Position numbers and translations under genes: made by a program
The notes under the pieces: model-generated
Databases searched by the model: none
What the model was told of the DNA's origin: nothing
The model's input: only the letters and a program-made list of their open reading frames with translations
In this document: positions 24,201-39,516 of the stretch, piece after piece
Layout of the letters: each line of letters starts with the position of its first letter
How positions within the stretch are numbered: the first letter of the stretch is position 1
NCBI GenBank assembly: GCA_951406725.2
Contig: OX597838.1
Coordinates: forward strand, 3,224,001 to 3,288,000
Reading direction: 5' to 3'
Length of the DNA stretch: 64,000 nt
Origin: Octopus vulgaris
Lineage: Eukaryota

Positions 24201-27200
24201 TGGAGTGGATGACACACTTCATTTTGCATTGCTCCAGTTCCCTCTGCGCCGGACTGACATCCCATCCAGTTGGGAAATATATTCGCCCTGGAAACCAGGA
24301 AACCAGCCCCACGACTCTATATGACTCAGGAAGGAACTCTACTTTACTACTTTTACTCCAGACTGAGAAACCCTTTACTCAGACACTGGCGTGTGATACG
24401 ATGAAGATTTGGCTGTTATATCTAGCAGGCTGAACGACCATGTAGACAGATCAATCGTGAAAACGGTTTATATTTAAGTGTATATATGTGACCAGAACAA
24501 TGAAGTAGGCCTGTGTTTTGAATTAACAATGAATATCTTCACTTGATACTTAATAGTCAGGTACTTGAAAATGTAGCAGTAGTAGTTGTTTAACAAGTAA
24601 GGATTGTAGCATAGGGTGACTAATGTTTGAGCTATTTCAAAATCAAAGTTACAAGTTAACAGAATAAAACAGCAGTGGTCATGTCGTTGTTGTTGTTTAA
24701 CCCCAGGCCAGCTCTGATCAACCACACTTTATTTTAGTCAAAATGATCCCTCTGTTTGTGGTTCTTATAATTATTCATGTTTAGTCCCAGTGCTCCAGTA
24801 TGATCTAAGCATTCCAGCTATGGCCACCTCATCATAGTTTCAGGCAATGTATCCTAGATTGCATTTTCCAAATATGCCTTTGTGATAAGCGATAGATTAA
24901 GAGTGATTCTGCTGCTAATCCTAGAGATCAAGGAACGGTGTAAGAACTTCTGTTTGGCTTAAACTCACATTTTTCTCTAAGAATCTTATTATGCTCTGCC
25001 CTGGGACCTTTCACACCTTTTTCTCATTCTTTCTTTCTTATTGAATTTTCTTTTTATTACCCTTTTGTTACTGTATTTATTTTGAGATGCTCTGTGTTTC
25101 TTTCAATTACTTTAAATATAACAAAGAATTTAGTAAAATAACTTAGTTATCATTAAGCTAGTGTTTGGAGCATAAATTGTGACGAAGGTTTGGTGGAAGA
25201 TTTTAATTCAAAACTTATGAAAACAAGACATTCGGTTTCAGCCGGGTTGGTATTGAAAGGGTTAATTGGGGTAATTTTTCATGCTGAATCTGATTCTGCA
25301 ATTCATTTATTCCAAATTCTGGGAAAATGTCGCAGAGGCCTAAGCCTTTAGTGTTTAAATCACTCTGCCAAATGTCAAGCTTATCTATTCATATTGCTTT
25401 GAATTAGTCATGTATTGTCTTGTAGCTTTGAGATTTCAATATTTTTAGGATGATATTGTAGGGTAAGTGTGAGAGGCCATATCTGGTCAGTTTGAGTTTA
25501 AAAGAGGAGGCACATTTGGGCTGGACATGGCCGTTTTAAATGCTAAAGGGTTAAAGTTTGATCATTTTCACTCGGTCAGAAATTAGGATTTGGAAGCTGG
25601 CATTTTCCGTATAATAGCTTCTCTATCACAAAATGAAAGTGAAAACATGGGATTCTCCAACGATGAAGTTTTAAACGAAATGAAAGCAATTACATGCCAT
25701 ATTAAGAGAGAGAGGGAGAGACAGAGAGAGAGAGAGAGACTGAGGGAGAGACAGAGAGAGAGAGAGACTGAGGGAGAGACAGAGAGAGAGAGAGACTGAG
25801 GGAGAGACAGAGAGAGAAGTGGAGCAGCATGTGTGCGAAATATACATATACAGAAAAAGTGAGAATCAGTGTGGTAAATATATATAGGTGGGAGAAGAGC
25901 ATAAAAGACGGACATGGATGGATGGATAGATAGATAGATAGGTAGGTAGGTAGGTAGATAGATAGATAGATAGGTAGATAGGTAGGTAGGTAGATAGGTA
26001 GGTAGGTAGGTAGGTAGATAGATAGGTAGATAGGATAGATAGGTATGGATGGATGGATGGATGGATGGATGGATGGATGGATAGGTAGGTAGGTAGGTAG
26101 GTAGGTAGGTAGGTAGGTAGATAGACAGATAGATAGGTAGATAGACAGATAGATAGGTAGATAGACAGATAGATAGGTAGATGGATAGATAAATAGATAG
26201 ATAGATGGATAGATAAATAGATAGATAGAGAGGGGGTGGGAGAGTGTGTGTGTTTGTGAGTGAATGACTGAATATATGTGAGTGTGAATGATAGAATATA
26301 TGAGTGTGTGTATGATAAAATGTGTGTGTGTGTGTGAATGATAGAATATGTGTATGTGTGTGCTTGTGAGCAATAGGATGTGTGTGTGTAGTTGTCACAG
26401 AGAGATCATATTTGATGTGTCACTTATTGTTGGAAGCCTGCTGTTTCGGATGGAGATAAGGGTTCAGCTTCACCGTTCTGTCCCTTTTCATGTTAACACA
26501 GATCAGCAGTCAATCAAATCAACCCTAGTATTCTTTTACTTGTTTCACTCATTTGACTGTGGCCATGCTGGAGCGCCACCTTTAGTCGAACAAATCGACC
26601 TCAGGACTTATTCTTTGTAAGCTTATTACATATTTTTTCGGTCTCTTTTTGCCGAATTGCTAAGTTGCGGGGACGTAAACACACCAGCATCGGTTGTCAG
26701 GTGATGGTGTTTGGAAAATACACACACACACATATACATATATACACAGATAGACACACACATGACGGGCTTCTTTCGGTTTCTGTCTTCGAAATCCACT
26801 CATAAGGTTTTGGTCGGCCTGGGGTCCAACCTGAACCACTTGCCCAAAATGCCGCACACTGATTAAATATAATTATTAATGAGTTATCAGGTAAGAGGTG
26901 AAACTGGGGAAACGGCCTTGTTATTAGTTAATATAATTAGTTGATGAGTATACATCGCTTTTAGAAGATTAGGGTACGTGAAATTTTTCATTTAAATAAA
27001 AGGATGTCCTCAGTGGTGAAAAAAACTGGAAACTACCGACATAAAGAGAAGATAACCACTTAGGGAATAGTTTATGATTTACTAAGTTGCCTCCCTTGAT
27101 CATTGCATTTTGTTGCAGGGCAGCGATCTTTTTTTTCTTTTTTTTTTTTGCACTGTGAACTTGTTTCATGCAATACAAATTATTCCTTGAGTCGGGGAGG

Positions 27201-30200
27201 ATCACACGCCTAACAAAACACAAGGTGCGTAATATTTGATTGAATTTAGATTTATCTAAATCTATCTAGTGGACATGGCAGATTTAATTATTTGCCCGGT
27301 AGATTATCTTAGATCTTCTACTTGTTTCAGTCATTTGACTGCGGCCATGATGGGGCAGCGCCTTGTAGAATCTAAATCGAATGTATCGACCCCCAGTACT
27401 TGTTTTCTATAAGCTTGGTACTTATTCTATCGGTCTCTTTTGCTGAACCGCTAAGTTATGGGGACATAAACACGCCACCACCAGTTGTCAAACAGTGGTG
27501 GGGACGAATACAGACACAAACACATTGATATATATATATATATATACACGATGGGCTACTTTCAGCGTCCGCCTACCAAGTCCACTTACAAGGCTTTGGT
27601 TGGCCTGAGGCTATAGTAGAAAACATTTGCCCAAGGTCCCACACAGTGGGACTGAACCCTGAACGATGTGGTTAGGAAGCAAGTTTCTTACCACACAGCT
27701 GCTATGTCTGTGTCTATAAAGATTAACATCCCCATGCTGGGAATCGAACCCAGACTGCCTGGGTGAAAGTCAGGTATCCTAACCACTGGACCGACAAAAA
27801 ATGATGAATAACCTTAGTCAATTTTTCAAACCTTATAATGCGGAACGCTTTCCGTCCTGACCTTATTCTCCGCAAGATCTCCTCCCCCATGTCTCAGTGC
27901 ATACTCACCTCTTGTCCAAGGTAGGCATATTCCTTCACCTCTATTTCCTCGACTTTTTAATGGTGATATTTTAACGAGCTCCTGATGTCCAGCTCCATCA
28001 GCATGGTCTGTAACTGGTCTGGAGTCTCCCCGATGATTGTCAATGAAATAGAAATAAAAGTTTAAAATTTATTCTTTCTCTTTGGGGGTAAAGACGATGT
28101 AGTATAGTGACCAGCTTCATGTATTGCTATTGTTTAACTCCCGGTCAGCTCTGATCAAAGAAGGCCTATGATGAAAACGATTCCAACTGTGGCCATCTTG
28201 TCTTTTTCAAAGAGTTGGTGAATTAAGCAGGATTGAGTTCTGATATATGTTTGTGCATTTAGATAAAGAAAGAATGAGAAAACCAGGTTGGATTAAATGC
28301 GATGATTTATTCAATTTACCAAAAAGCATTGGAGTGGCTGTGTGGTAAGTAGCTTGCTTACCAACCACATGGCTCTGGGTTCAGTCCCACTGTGTGGCAC
28401 CTTGGGCAAGTGTCTGCTCCTATAGCCTCGGGACGACCAAAGCCTTGTGAGTGGATTTGGTAGACAGGAACCTCGTCGTGTATATGTGTATGTGTGTGTG
28501 CATTTGTGTATCTGTGTTTGTCCCTCCAACATCGCATGACAACTGATGCTGGTATGTTTACGTCCCTGTAACTTAGCGGTTCGGCAAAAGAGACTGATAG
28601 AATAAGTACTAAGCTAACAAAGAATAAGTCCTGGGGTCGATTTGCTTGACCAAAGGTGGTGCTCCAGCATGGCTGCAGTCAAATGACTGAAACAAGTAAA
28701 AGAGTAACATTGTTGGAATACAACTGTCAGAAAATATACTTAATGGCATCTCACGCAGTTGATACTTGAACAGGACAGGGAAACAAATAGAAAAGGACAT
28801 ATGTATTAAATGCTACCTGTGAAATAAACTTGATCTCTGCTGGGATCCGAACTTGACTGTGCAAACCCACCTCACTAAAGAATAGCGGGAAGATTCCTCC
28901 TTATAAAGCTGATGGTGGGCTCCAGTGAACAAACACAAATTTGCTCACATTTGGCTGGTCTTTCACATGATGGGGATGGATAGCCCATGTAGAGCTAGGA
29001 CTCAGCTATCACATGGCCACTTGTAGAAAGCATAGTGTATGAGCCGATATTTGGGTAATTAAAGGTAGACAAACGTAGGGTATAAGCTGATATTTTTGAG
29101 CATGGTTGTTGCCAGAACCACCTGACTGGCCCTCGTGCAGTGGGCAGCATGTAAAAGCACCCACTACACTCTTGGAGTGGTTGGCGTTAGGAAGGGCATC
29201 CAGCTGTAGAAACTCTGCCAGATCAGATTGGAGCCTGGTGCAGCCATCTGGTTCGCCAGTCCTCAGTCAAACCGTCCACCCCATGCCAGCATGGAAAGCA
29301 GACGTTAAACGACATTGATGATGATGATGATTTTTCATGTTGCATTATCCGTTTAGAATCTGTCCTTTTATTTCATCTCACCACAGCACTCTAACATCTA
29401 ACACCATTAACTTCATGGCCACCACTGATGATAGGCCAATATTTCAGTTTTTGTTATGGACATTTTTTAATTTTTGTCTTTCCAGTAAAGAATCGTGACA
29501 ATGTCGTCTATTCACGCTTACAACAGAACATCAGTGATGATGATGACAGTGAAGATCAAATCATTTTCAACAAAGACCTGAACATCACTCCAGCTTCTCG
29601 GAATGGTGTTAAGAAGTTCAGTAATAATGTCATAGAGTTGGACAATTTACCAGGCAGCAAGCTGAAGCGACGTGACCCCCACCGAGCTGGCCAGTCATCA
29701 TGCTGTCGTATCACAAAAAGGGCCGCAATAGTTTTATTCGTAATCCTTGTCATCACCATTTTTGTCGTTGCCATCTTGCATTATAAAAGTTCCTCCCAGC
29801 ATTCTCCTTGCCAGACAACATCAAAGGAGTGGAATTTAAGTTTTGGCAACAATGGTAAGGACGTTTTAAACATACCTTTGTCTTTCAAATATGTTTTTTA
29901 GATATTGGGTCAGTGGTGATTTTGGATATATTGTCTCAGTCACATCAGTATCGTTACAGTCATATTCTTTGTGTCACAGTTGTGCTGATGCATTGTGTCA
30001 CAGTCATGTCGAGATATTGTGTCATAGTCATGTTGATATATTGTGTCACAGTTTATGGTGATACATTGTGTTTGTGTCACAGTTTATGGTAATACATTGT
30101 GTCACAGTTTATGGTGATACATTGTGTCACAGTCATTGTGTTTGTGTCAGTTTATGGTGATACATTGTGTTACAGTCATTGTGTTTGTGTCACAGTTTAT

Positions 30201-32057
30201 GGTGATACATTGTGTCACAGTCGTTGTGTTTGTGTCAGTTTATGGTGATACATTGTGTTACAGTCATTGTGTTTGTGTCACAGTTTATGGTGATACATTG
30301 TGTCACAGTCGTTGTGTTTGTGTCAGTTTATGGTAATACATTGTGTCACAGTCATTGTGTTTGTGTCACAGTTTATGGTGATACATTGTGTTACAGTCAT
30401 TGTGTTTGTGTCACAGTTTATGGTGATACATTGTGTCACAGTCGTTGTGCTTGTGTCACAGTCATGTCAATACATTGTGTGACAGTCATATTGATTGTGC
30501 CACAGTCATAAAAGAATCATCCATAACTTGCAGTAAGCAACATTTATTAAACGTTATTACTGTTATTTCTTTATTTTCTGCAAACAAAATGCACAAAAAA
30601 GCTACACGTTTGCATTATGTTATATATACAATAATAATAAAGGACGTTACCGTATACGTTTTCACAAACCAAGGGCGTTATATAGACCTCCTTGACTCAA
30701 GTTAGAGAAGGGGTGCGTATTATACACAAGGTTTAGGTTTTTCAGAGGTACAGCCCCCGTATTATACTCGAGGGCGGACTATACTCGAGGATTTTTGGTA
30801 CTCATCATCTCGTGATCTCTAAAACATCTATTGTCTTAATCAAACATTCACCACTGACTCTCCATTCTTTTCTCAACAATATTTTGACCATTGTAATTAT
30901 ATACCAACCACTGATATGCTTGTCTGTTGAGGCATTCATTGACCAATGGTCATTTTTTATGTATCATTTTAGTTATTCACCTTTCATTATTCCCAAGTAT
31001 CTTAATTTAGTAGCCTACATGCCTCTTGACCACACTGGTCATTTTGCTATATATTGTTTCTTCCACTCCACCCAATTAACCACTGGTCATTCTTGTGTAC
31101 TCATTATTTTAACCAGTCAGTGATTCTTGCATCCGGCTACTCGATATGGACAATGATGGCCAACTGGACATTCTCCTTAGTTTGGCCGCACCAGATTACT
31201 ACCATCATTATCACTCCAGCATGGACACAGATAACCAACAACCAGTAAATGAATTCTGTAACGATACAGGTGAGAATTGAAACTTTCTATAACAATTTAA
31301 CACTACAAGTACTGACATTTCTTTCTTCCTACAAGGAACATAGCGGTCATTTTTGACCAACATTGAAAATCTTTATTTAATGCAATTGATTTTAAATATA
31401 AGCTAATGTAGTTAATAAAGGATTTGAAAATACAGCCTTTTAGCATTTATTTATGTACCAAAAAATATACACACACATATATATGAAATGATACTCATGA
31501 TTGCATGTTCAATACAGTCATAGAAATTAGAAAGTAAAAGGCAAAAATGGTCATAAATGACCGTTCAGTACTTGTGGTGTTAAGTTTCTTTAATATTCAG
31601 TTCTATATTGAAGAGATGAGGAATTATGTACACTATTTACACTTGACGGATATTTGTCATCTTGTTTGTTGTTAACACAACGTTTTGGCTGATATACCGT
31701 CCAGCCTCCATCAGGTGTCTTGGGGGAAATTGCAAACCTGGGTTCTCATTCCTAAAGTATTTTTTGATGTTGTTGTTGTTATTATTATTATTATTATTGT
31801 TATTATTTTGAGCCTGTCTAGCATGTGGACGTTAGCCCCCCTTGATATATCCAGCGTTTCATCCCTATAGAGGCCAAAACTAGTTGAAAGGGATTTCTTT
31901 TTTAGTATATTTAGGATGGAAAGACCAACTAGGTCACGTATGTCCGCACTGTCAAAAGTACCCATTGCCATGTCGAAGGAGCCATTTGGGTTGGTGCGTT
32001 TGGTCCAAGTGGACCTCTTACTGAAGAGTAGGGTTTTTCTGATGTGCATGATAAGCC

Positions 32058-32101
<44 letters not shown>

Positions 32102-32960
32102 GCGTCTATATATATATATATATGTAGGATGGGCTTATTTTAATTTCCATATATCAAATCCACTTACAAGGCTTTGGTTGGCCTGAGGCTACAGTAGAAA
32201 ATACTTGCCTAAGGTGCCATGCAGTGGGACTGAACCCAGAACCATGTGGCCAGGAAGCAAATGTCTCATGACACATCCACACCTGCACCAATCATACAGT
32301 TTTCAAATAAAGGACACATTGCACAACCGAGGGGCCAAAACTTAAACATCATTGATCAGTGGCTAGGTTCACTCATTCAGAGTTGGGGGGGCCTAGGGCC
32401 AAAGAACAACAACAACAACATCCACATCAATTTCGTTGTGTCTTCTTTGATTTTGTCAGGACTCTCCTACCCACCTACTGGTCAACTTCTGGCCATACGT
32501 GGCTGTGATGGCAAACAGTTGTGGAAGCACTCCACCAAATCCAGCATCCTCTACATCCACTGTGACCAACTGGATGCCAACCAGGATGGTAAGCACGACT
32601 GCTTGATCAGTGGCTATGATGCCACTCTACAAGCTATCGATCCTCGTAAAGGTAAGTCCTACCATCTACGCATGCACTCTTAACGTTGTTTAACTCTTCA
32701 GCTTCCACATCACTCTGCCGAATGTAATGCTTATTTAGTCAAGATTTCAATGATGTGATTTACTCTTTTAATTGTTTCAGCCATTTGACTGTGGCCATGC
32801 TGGAGCACCGCGCATTTAGTCGAGCAAACCAACCCTAGGACTTATTCTTTGTATGCCTAGTACTTATTCTATCGGTCTCTTTTGCCGAACCGCTAACATT
32901 ACTGGGATGTAAACACACCAGCATCGGTTGTCAAACGATGTTGTGGGGACAAACACAGAC

Positions 32961-33006
<46 letters not shown>

Positions 33007-36000
33007 ATGTATATATATATATATATATATATAATTATTTGAGGGAATATTAATCCTAACTTACAGGGGAAAAAAATTCAATTTAGAAATACTAAATCAA
33101 ATTTCACACAATATAATATATATATATGTAAAAAAATTAGAAAAAGACCACCTTTTATCAATTCAAAATGAACAATTAAAATACACCATCTAGAAAATTA
33201 CATATAATAGAAATATTAAAATTAAAATAACAATAAAATACCAATGATTAAGTGAATTGCAAAAAAATAATAAAAACATATATAATTGGTAGAATAACAA
33301 ATATATATATATATATATATATACGACGGGCTTCTTTCAGTTTCTGTCTATCAAATCCACTCACAAGGCTTTGGTCGACCCGAGGCTATAGTAGAAGACA
33401 CTTGCCCAAGGTGCCACACAGTGGGACTAAACCTGGAACCATGTGGTTGGTGAGCAAGCTACTTACCACACAGCCACTCCTATGCTGTTAATTTTTAGAA
33501 TGACATTGTGGGATAGGTGTGAAAGGCCAGATTTAACCTGTGTGAACATAGAACAGGTAGAATATTTGGGCCAGATATGGCTGGTTTAAACCCTTTAGCA
33601 CCCAGATTACTCTGCCAAATGTAACACAAGTGCTTTTTACATGGCACCAACACCAGTGCTTTTCACTATATGTGAAAAGCCCCGCCTAAAGAATATGGTC
33701 GTAGCTAGAATATCTTTGATAATTAGTCTTGTCAATAAAGTCTGGCCTGAGACGAAACAGCTGTTATTGCCATCACCACTAACAACAGCTATCACAGACT
33801 TTTGAAAGAGCGATTTTAACTACAGTAGGGCTTTGATGTTGAAACCCCTGGCAGCCAGAGCCCAGTTATAGTATGGTGGGTGGTAGCATCAAAGATCTCT
33901 TTGCTTGAAAACAAGCTGGAGATTCTCTTGCTGATGTCCTTAACCAGGTTCCTGAACACTATGGCTGGATGGCAGGAACCTGTGTTAATGTAAAACAGCT
34001 TCTCATTGGGTTTCCTAAAGGACCTATAGGCACCTGATTCCAGGTCCGACCGTTGTCAGGTTGGTCTCTATAGTGACCTTCAGTCCAAGGGAGTTCATGA
34101 TGCTTGTGAGGTCCTTTCTGAGCCTGTCTAGCATGTGGACTTAGCCCCTCTTGATATATCCAGCGCTTCATCCATGTTGTCCTCAGCAATATAGAAATGT
34201 AAATTCTGAACGATTAGGTTGACTAAATGTTGTTTTATCATTGAAGAAAAAGTAATTTGTGTGTATTTATTTCAATTTTTGTTGTGAAGGTCTTGTGATA
34301 TGGTCAGCGAATAGTACATACTTGATTGACCACTGGAATATCTACCAAGCCCTAGTGGTACCTGATGTTGACCATGACAATGTAGATGATGTCCTCATTT
34401 TGCATGCTGGATGTTGTTACTATGGCAGACAAGTAAGTGTTTTTGTTACTATGGAAACTTGCCATGACTTTTCTTGGTGCTTTTGATTGATACTGTGTCA
34501 CTTTTGTTGTTACAGTAAAGTTAATTTATTTTTTAATTAATTGCTTGTATTTAATTTTGTTCATTCTTAACCCTGTCATTGCTGTATTTATCTTGAGATG
34601 CTCTGTGTTTCTTTCAATTACTTTAAATATAACCAAGAATTTAGTAAAATAACTTCGTTATCATTCAGTTAGTGTAAGCAACATAAATTGTGACTAAGGT
34701 TTGGTGGCAGATTTTAATTCAGAACTTAGAAAAACAAGACATTTATACTCAGAGCCAGATCCAGTTTCAGCTGGATTGGTAACAAAAGGGTTAATGAGTG
34801 TCTAGGAGACATATTTGATCTTTTAAAGCATCAATCATGGCCTGTGAGTTTTGTTGTGCTTCCAGGTGACATTTACAATTCTTATCATTGCCTCAGGTTT
34901 CTTAGATACGGTAGATGAGGCATTAAAATTACCCTGAAAAAAATTAACTTGATATAGGACTGATACTCTCTCTAGAGTACAAGTGATACTTATCTCTCAT
35001 TGGCATAATTCAGAGCTAAATAGGGGTCTTTAAATGTACCCAGCATGATCCTAATGTCAGAGCTAAATAGGGGTCCATTAATGTACCCAGCAAAATCTTA
35101 ATGATGATGATGATGATGTATGTCTATTATCTTTCTTATTGCAGCCCCCTGACATCACTGGTCGTTTCCTGCTATTTTCTGGGGCTACAGGACAAGCTGT
35201 AGGCACTTTTGTCGATATTTTCATTATGAAAGGGGCTGTCTATAGAAACCCTGTCCTCTACAAGTCATCAAATAACAAGCTCACTGTCCTCTTCACCAGT
35301 GGTCAGTTGTCTTCATCAGGTAAGTCCAGGGTTTCCAATTCTTTTTTTGTACAGTTTGGTGCTAGATTAAAACCTTCGGCATTTAATCCAGCCATATCAA
35401 ACCCAAATACATTAACCTCTTCCACGGGTTCCCTCAACCGCTTTTTCACACATCTATCTTCATCTAAGCGAAAAATATGTAAACACATAACCTTTGGAAG
35501 AGGTAGACCCAGGAAGACCTGGGATGAGGTAGTGAAGCACGACCTTTGAACATTAGGCTTCACCGAGGCAATGACTAGTGACTGAGACCTTTGGAAATAT
35601 GCTGTGCTTGAGAAAACCAGGCAAGCCAAGTGAGACCATAATCCGTGGACTATGCCAGTGGTGTAACCAGCCCACTTAGGGGTACCTTTTCCTTCATTGG
35701 ACACTAAACTCTGCTTGTGAAGACCTGTTGAGGCAAGTGAAATCAAAATCAAATTCAATGACAGCACCGCATGACTGGCATCCATGCTAGCGGAGCACTA
35801 AGAGCACCATCCGAGCGTGATCGTTGCCAGGGCTGCTGACTGCCTCCCATGCCAGTGGCACGTAAAAAGCACCATTCAAGTGTGATTGACGCCTTACTGG
35901 TACTTGTGCTGGTGGCACATGAAAAAATATTCAAGCGAGGTCATTGCCAGTGCCACTGGACTGGCTCCTGTGCAGGTGGCACGTAAAAAACACCATTTGA

Positions 36001-39000
36001 GCATGGCCGTTGCCAGTACCGCCTCACTGGCCCTCGTGCTGGTGGCACGTAAAAGCACCCATTACACTCTCAAGAGCGGTTGGCATTAGGAAGGGCATCC
36101 AGCTGTAGAAACCATGCCAGATCAGACTGGGCCTGGTGCAGCCTTCCAGCTTGCCAGCCCTGGCCAAACTGTCCAACCCATGTCAGCATGGACAACAGAC
36201 ATTAAATGATGATGATGATGATATATATAAAATTTACATACCTCTATTGTCCTTACTTCCACAGGTCAACTCTATCAGATATACTGGGATGTTTTAAAGA
36301 AGCAGCTGTTGGATCCCAATGTGGTGACTCTATCAAATGCTAAGGCAATCTACGAGTAAGTTCCCTAATATCTTCATCTTTTACTCTTTTACTTGTTTCA
36401 GTCATTTGATTGCGGCCATGCTGGAGCACTGCCTTTAGTCGAGAAAATCAACCCCAGGACTTATTCTTTGTAAGCCCAGTACTTATTCTATTGGTCTGTT
36501 TTTTTCGAACCACTAAGTTACGGGAACGTAAACACACCAGCATCGGTTGTCAAGTGATGTTGGGGGGGACAAACACACACACTCACATATATATATATAC
36601 ATATACACAACGAGGTTCTTTTAGTTCCTGTCTACCAAATCCACTCACAAGGTTTTGGTCGGTCCGTGGCTATAGTAGAAGACACTTGCCCAAGGTGCCA
36701 TGCAGTGGGACTGAACCCGGAACCATGTGGTTGGTTAGCAAGCTACTTACCACACAGCCACTCCTGTGCCTGTGGAGGGAAGGGGGGGTGATTTCTTTAT
36801 TTAAGTGCTATGGCACCGGTCACCACTTGTAAACATGATAATATGTCAAACAGCAACTGACAGAAGTGTGTGTGGGGGGGGGGGCACCTGGATTAAGACT
36901 GAGCCTTGGTTACCTTGAGAATATTCCACTTAGTTGCATGCATCCAGAGGCAGGTTGCCAGTTTCAGAAAAGAGCAATTGATTTCTTGAAGTTCTGTGTT
37001 TGCCCTTCGGCATCAACCCCTGTGTGAGTTGTGGTCTTTTTCCTCTTTCTATCTGCCTCAGAACCACAACCAGTTTCAGAGATTCTAGAAAAGGCTATTA
37101 GCACTGCTTGTCTCCCCACCCTTTGACAGAGCCTTTCAAATCTTAAATTGCTTGTGTCTAGCTCAAATATTGTGCCTTCTTTGTGTTAAAAAATAGCCAG
37201 ATCCAGTCTCTCACGTCTGTCCTGCAATGTCATTCTAAAAATAAACAATCATATCAAAATCTCAAAGCTATGAGAAAATGCTCGATTAATTCAAAACAGT
37301 ATGAATAAATAAGCATTACATTTGACAGAGTAATCTGTCAAGGGCCAAGACATACGGCTTTTATATCTTGATGTAGCCAAGTTATAAGGAGAACAAAAGT
37401 GACCCCGTCATTAATATGCTGGAGGACAAGCCCCAAACTATGTCCTCCCTAATACTACACCCCCTATACAACATGTAACGAGTTCTTTATTTTCATCTTG
37501 TTTCTGCAGGAGTCAGACAAAAGGGATCTTTGTCCCACCGGTCATAGTGGACATCCAAAATAATAGCGTAATGGATATTCTTGTGAGCGCATTTGATGGA
37601 ACCATTGCTCTGGTTGACGGCCAGACATTTACACCCAAGTGGAAAATTAACTTTACTAATTATGAATCATTCAGGTGAGTAATTAATTACAGAGGGCAAA
37701 CATAGTTTTGTTTTCAGTTTTGAAGTAGAAAAAAACTAATTGATTTAAATCTACTGTTCTATGGTGATTCTTGACTGGACTCTAGACATTGTTAAATTGC
37801 CAGTGGCACGTAAAAAGCACCAACCGATTGTTGCCGTTGCCAGCCTCGCCTGGCACCTGTGCCGGTGGCACGTAAAAAGCACCCACTACACTCATGGAGT
37901 GGTTGGCATCAGGAAGGGCATCCAGCTAGCTGTAAAAACACTGCCAGATCAGACTGGTGCCTGGTGCAGCCTCCTGGCTTCCCAGACCCCGGTCCGTCCA
38001 ACCCATGCTAGCATGGAAGACGGACATTAAACGATGATGATGATGATGATGTATACAGAGCTCATTAGTAAAAGTAATCAAAAGTCCATGGCCAGGACAT
38101 AGAATTATGCACCGGAAGTGAATAGTGAATGAGTCATTTTATGAAGGAAAAATGCAAAAAAAACAGGTTGGTGGGCTTCAGGTGTACTGATGATGAATTT
38201 CAGAAAACATGGAAATTTTTAAGGACGTAGTGTCCTGATAACTAACAACTGATGCTGGAAGTTTATTCAAAGCTCTTCAACAAGTTTGAACATGAAAAAA
38301 ATGCTTCCAAAAGTCATGGGTGCTGGCATTGCCTTTTGATCTTGTCAGTGCCACATATACATCACCTGTGCCAGTGTCATGTAGAAGGAACCCGTGCCAG
38401 TGCCACATCAAAAGCACCCAGTGCACTCTGTAAAGCAGCTGGCATTAGAAAGGGTGTCCCGCTGTAGAAACCATGCCAAAACAAACAAATGGAGCCTGGA
38501 TAGCTCTCCAGCCTGGCCAACCCATGCAAGCATGGAAAACAGGCATTAAAGGACGATGATGAGCATGTCCATGAGTGTTGGTCATATGAAATTCAAAAAA
38601 GGTGCCCCAGCTTATTGTTGGAGACATGGTTGTGCAGATGTTGCGTAGATATATTACAAGGGGCAGGTGCTGAAAAGTTCCTGGTTTTGAGGGTATCATG
38701 AAAGGCCTACTTGGAGGCCTGACCTTCCGAGTTCTTTTATGGGCTTAAATAAACTGAAGGACCACTGCAATAAGTGTGTGAATCTGAGAGGGGAATATGA
38801 GCGGCATAAAATCCCAATTAACTGATGCTCCTGTATTTTCTTTTACCCCAAAACCAGGAACTCTTCAGCACTTGCTCATGTTTGGAGATTATTATAATAA
38901 ATTTGGTAGACCTGAAGACAATAAATGCTGTGTCTTGAGTTTGCTGTCTATGATCCCCGCCTCACTACCAGCTCAATAGATCTCAACACTTCTAGTGACA

Positions 39001-39403
39001 CCCCCTTCACTCTTACCCCCCTCTACTGTTTGCTTTCATCCTCCTTATCCCTGTCGTGTTTCTCTCAGTATTCCAGCCCCTGGATACTTCAACGATGATG
39101 CTTACCTGGATTTCATGCTACATCTCAATTTCGGTACCTGGCCTTTGTACTTATATTCCATGGTAAGTTGTTCTGGCATCTCTCTCTCTCTCTCTCTCAA
39201 CCAAAACACAACAACACCGTTCTTCTGCCTTCTACTGACCAATACTCACCATTCTCTTATGTTGACCAGTACAAACCACTGGGCATTGAACTAACCAATA
39301 CCATTGTGATCAATATTTCTGACTACTATTACTATCGCTGCTGCTGCTGCTACTACTACTACTACTGTTGCTATTGCTATTACTACTACTGCTGCTACTG
39401 TTG

Positions 39404-39468
<65 letters not shown>

Positions 39469-39469
39469 G

Positions 39470-39516
<47 letters not shown>

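Noticed and set aside
27729-27794. Functional tRNA-Glu gene
   Set aside because: The acceptor stem cannot form with Watson-Crick pairs; kept as a pseudogene only.
35320-35549. Exon 6 ORF continuing into the RTE peptide (apparent gene-TE fusion)
   Set aside because: A strong donor at 35320 and an in-phase exon 7 explain the gene; the read-through is incidental.
35855-36060. CRISPR-like pattern of ggcacgtaaaaagcacc repeats with 35-50 nt gaps (also 41393-41735)
   Set aside because: The gaps are homologous to each other, the array is part of an RTE 3' UTR, the context is eukaryotic and there are no cas genes.
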